From: Antechinus flavipes
Lineage: Eukaryota
Direction of reading: 5' to 3'
Assembly: GCF_016432865.1 (NCBI RefSeq)
Contig: NC_067399.1
Location: 627,254,001-627,318,000 of the forward strand
Length of the DNA: 64,000 bases
The position numbers were made by a program, and so were the translations under genes. The stretch's first letter is position 1, and every line of letters begins with the position of its first letter. Of the stretch, positions 63,370 through 64,000 are shown one piece after another. Under the pieces are notes generated by a model. That model ran no database searches. It was given only the letters and a program-made list of their open reading frames with translations, and was not told where the DNA came from.

Positions 63370-64000
63370 TTCTAAGACTATAATTTATAGCTGTACTGTA
63401 CCCATGCAGTTCCCTTATCTGGGATACCACTTCCCATTGAAATTACAGGTGCAGAAAAGAAAGATCCCCAAACTTTTTTTGTTATTTTTTTTAACTTGAA
63501 ATTTGGATGTCCTTTGTTTTTATAGAACATTTGCTTTTGAAGAAAATCCTTCCTTTCTTTCCTACCTTTCATTCATTATACTAAAAAACAAAAACAGAAA
63601 AAGGGAAAGGGTGAATAGTTTTTCATAACTTGACCACATTAGATGAATTCAACAGTATATTCAATGTTCCACACTAATCATACCTCATATCTGTAAAGGA
63701 GAACAGTATATTCTTGTCTTTTCTTGAGGTCCAATTTTAGTCATGATGTTTATCCTATTATTTTGTTCTCTCTATGTATGTTACTAATATGATTATATCT
63801 ATTTTTCCTGGTTCTGTTTACTTTCATCAGTTTTTATCTTTCCTTATTTTTTGTATTCTTCAAATTCATAATTTATTACAACTCAATAATATTGCATTAC
63901 ATTTATATACCAAATTTTGTTTAAGATCCAATGATGTTTCTAGCTCCTTGAAACTATAAGCAGTGTTGCTATTTTCAGCTTAGATAGGATCATTATTTCT
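63370..64000 (-). mobile_element. Old L1/HAL1-like 3' region; similar material at ~44050-44720
   Basis: AT-rich sequence resembling the other antisense L1 3' ends in the window. Confidence 0.45.

Noticed and set aside
29600-64000. Collectin genes (SFTPA, SFTPD, MBL), expected near MAT1A from mammalian synteny
   Set aside because: I found no Gly-X-Y collagen run or C-type lectin motif; they could lie outside the window or in the gaps.
1-64000. Prokaryotic-type systems (CRISPR, operons), tRNA or rRNA genes
   Set aside because: Spliced vertebrate locus; the tRNA-like boxes seen are SINE heads.

Overview
Eukaryotic, AT-rich, CpG-poor genomic DNA. The CORE-SINE, RTE-derived SINE and L1 content points to an Australian marsupial, probably a dasyurid (inference). 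Bases 1 to ~29.6 kb hold the 3' part of an intact MAT1A (methionine adenosyltransferase I/III) gene on the + strand. The end of exon 3 and exons 4-9 were located base-exactly with GT-AG boundaries, followed by a probable ~2.9 kb 3' UTR. Downstream lie a decayed RAD23B processed pseudogene (- strand, ~40.1-42.0 kb), two young L1 insertions with target-site duplications, many old SINE, LINE and MITE fragments, microsatellites and three N gaps near the right end. The most notable unexplained signal is a codon-biased 50-aa single-pass membrane ORF at 49459-49611 (-). It sits behind a strong splice acceptor and aligns without gaps to my recollection of SMIM3/NID67, so it may be an unannotated paralogue. 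It has a possible Cys-rich second coding exon, and a local inverted copy of that exon could fold back onto it. Between 31 and 49 kb there are also four local duplications: one tandem, one dispersed direct and two inverted. All homology statements are from memory; no database search was run.
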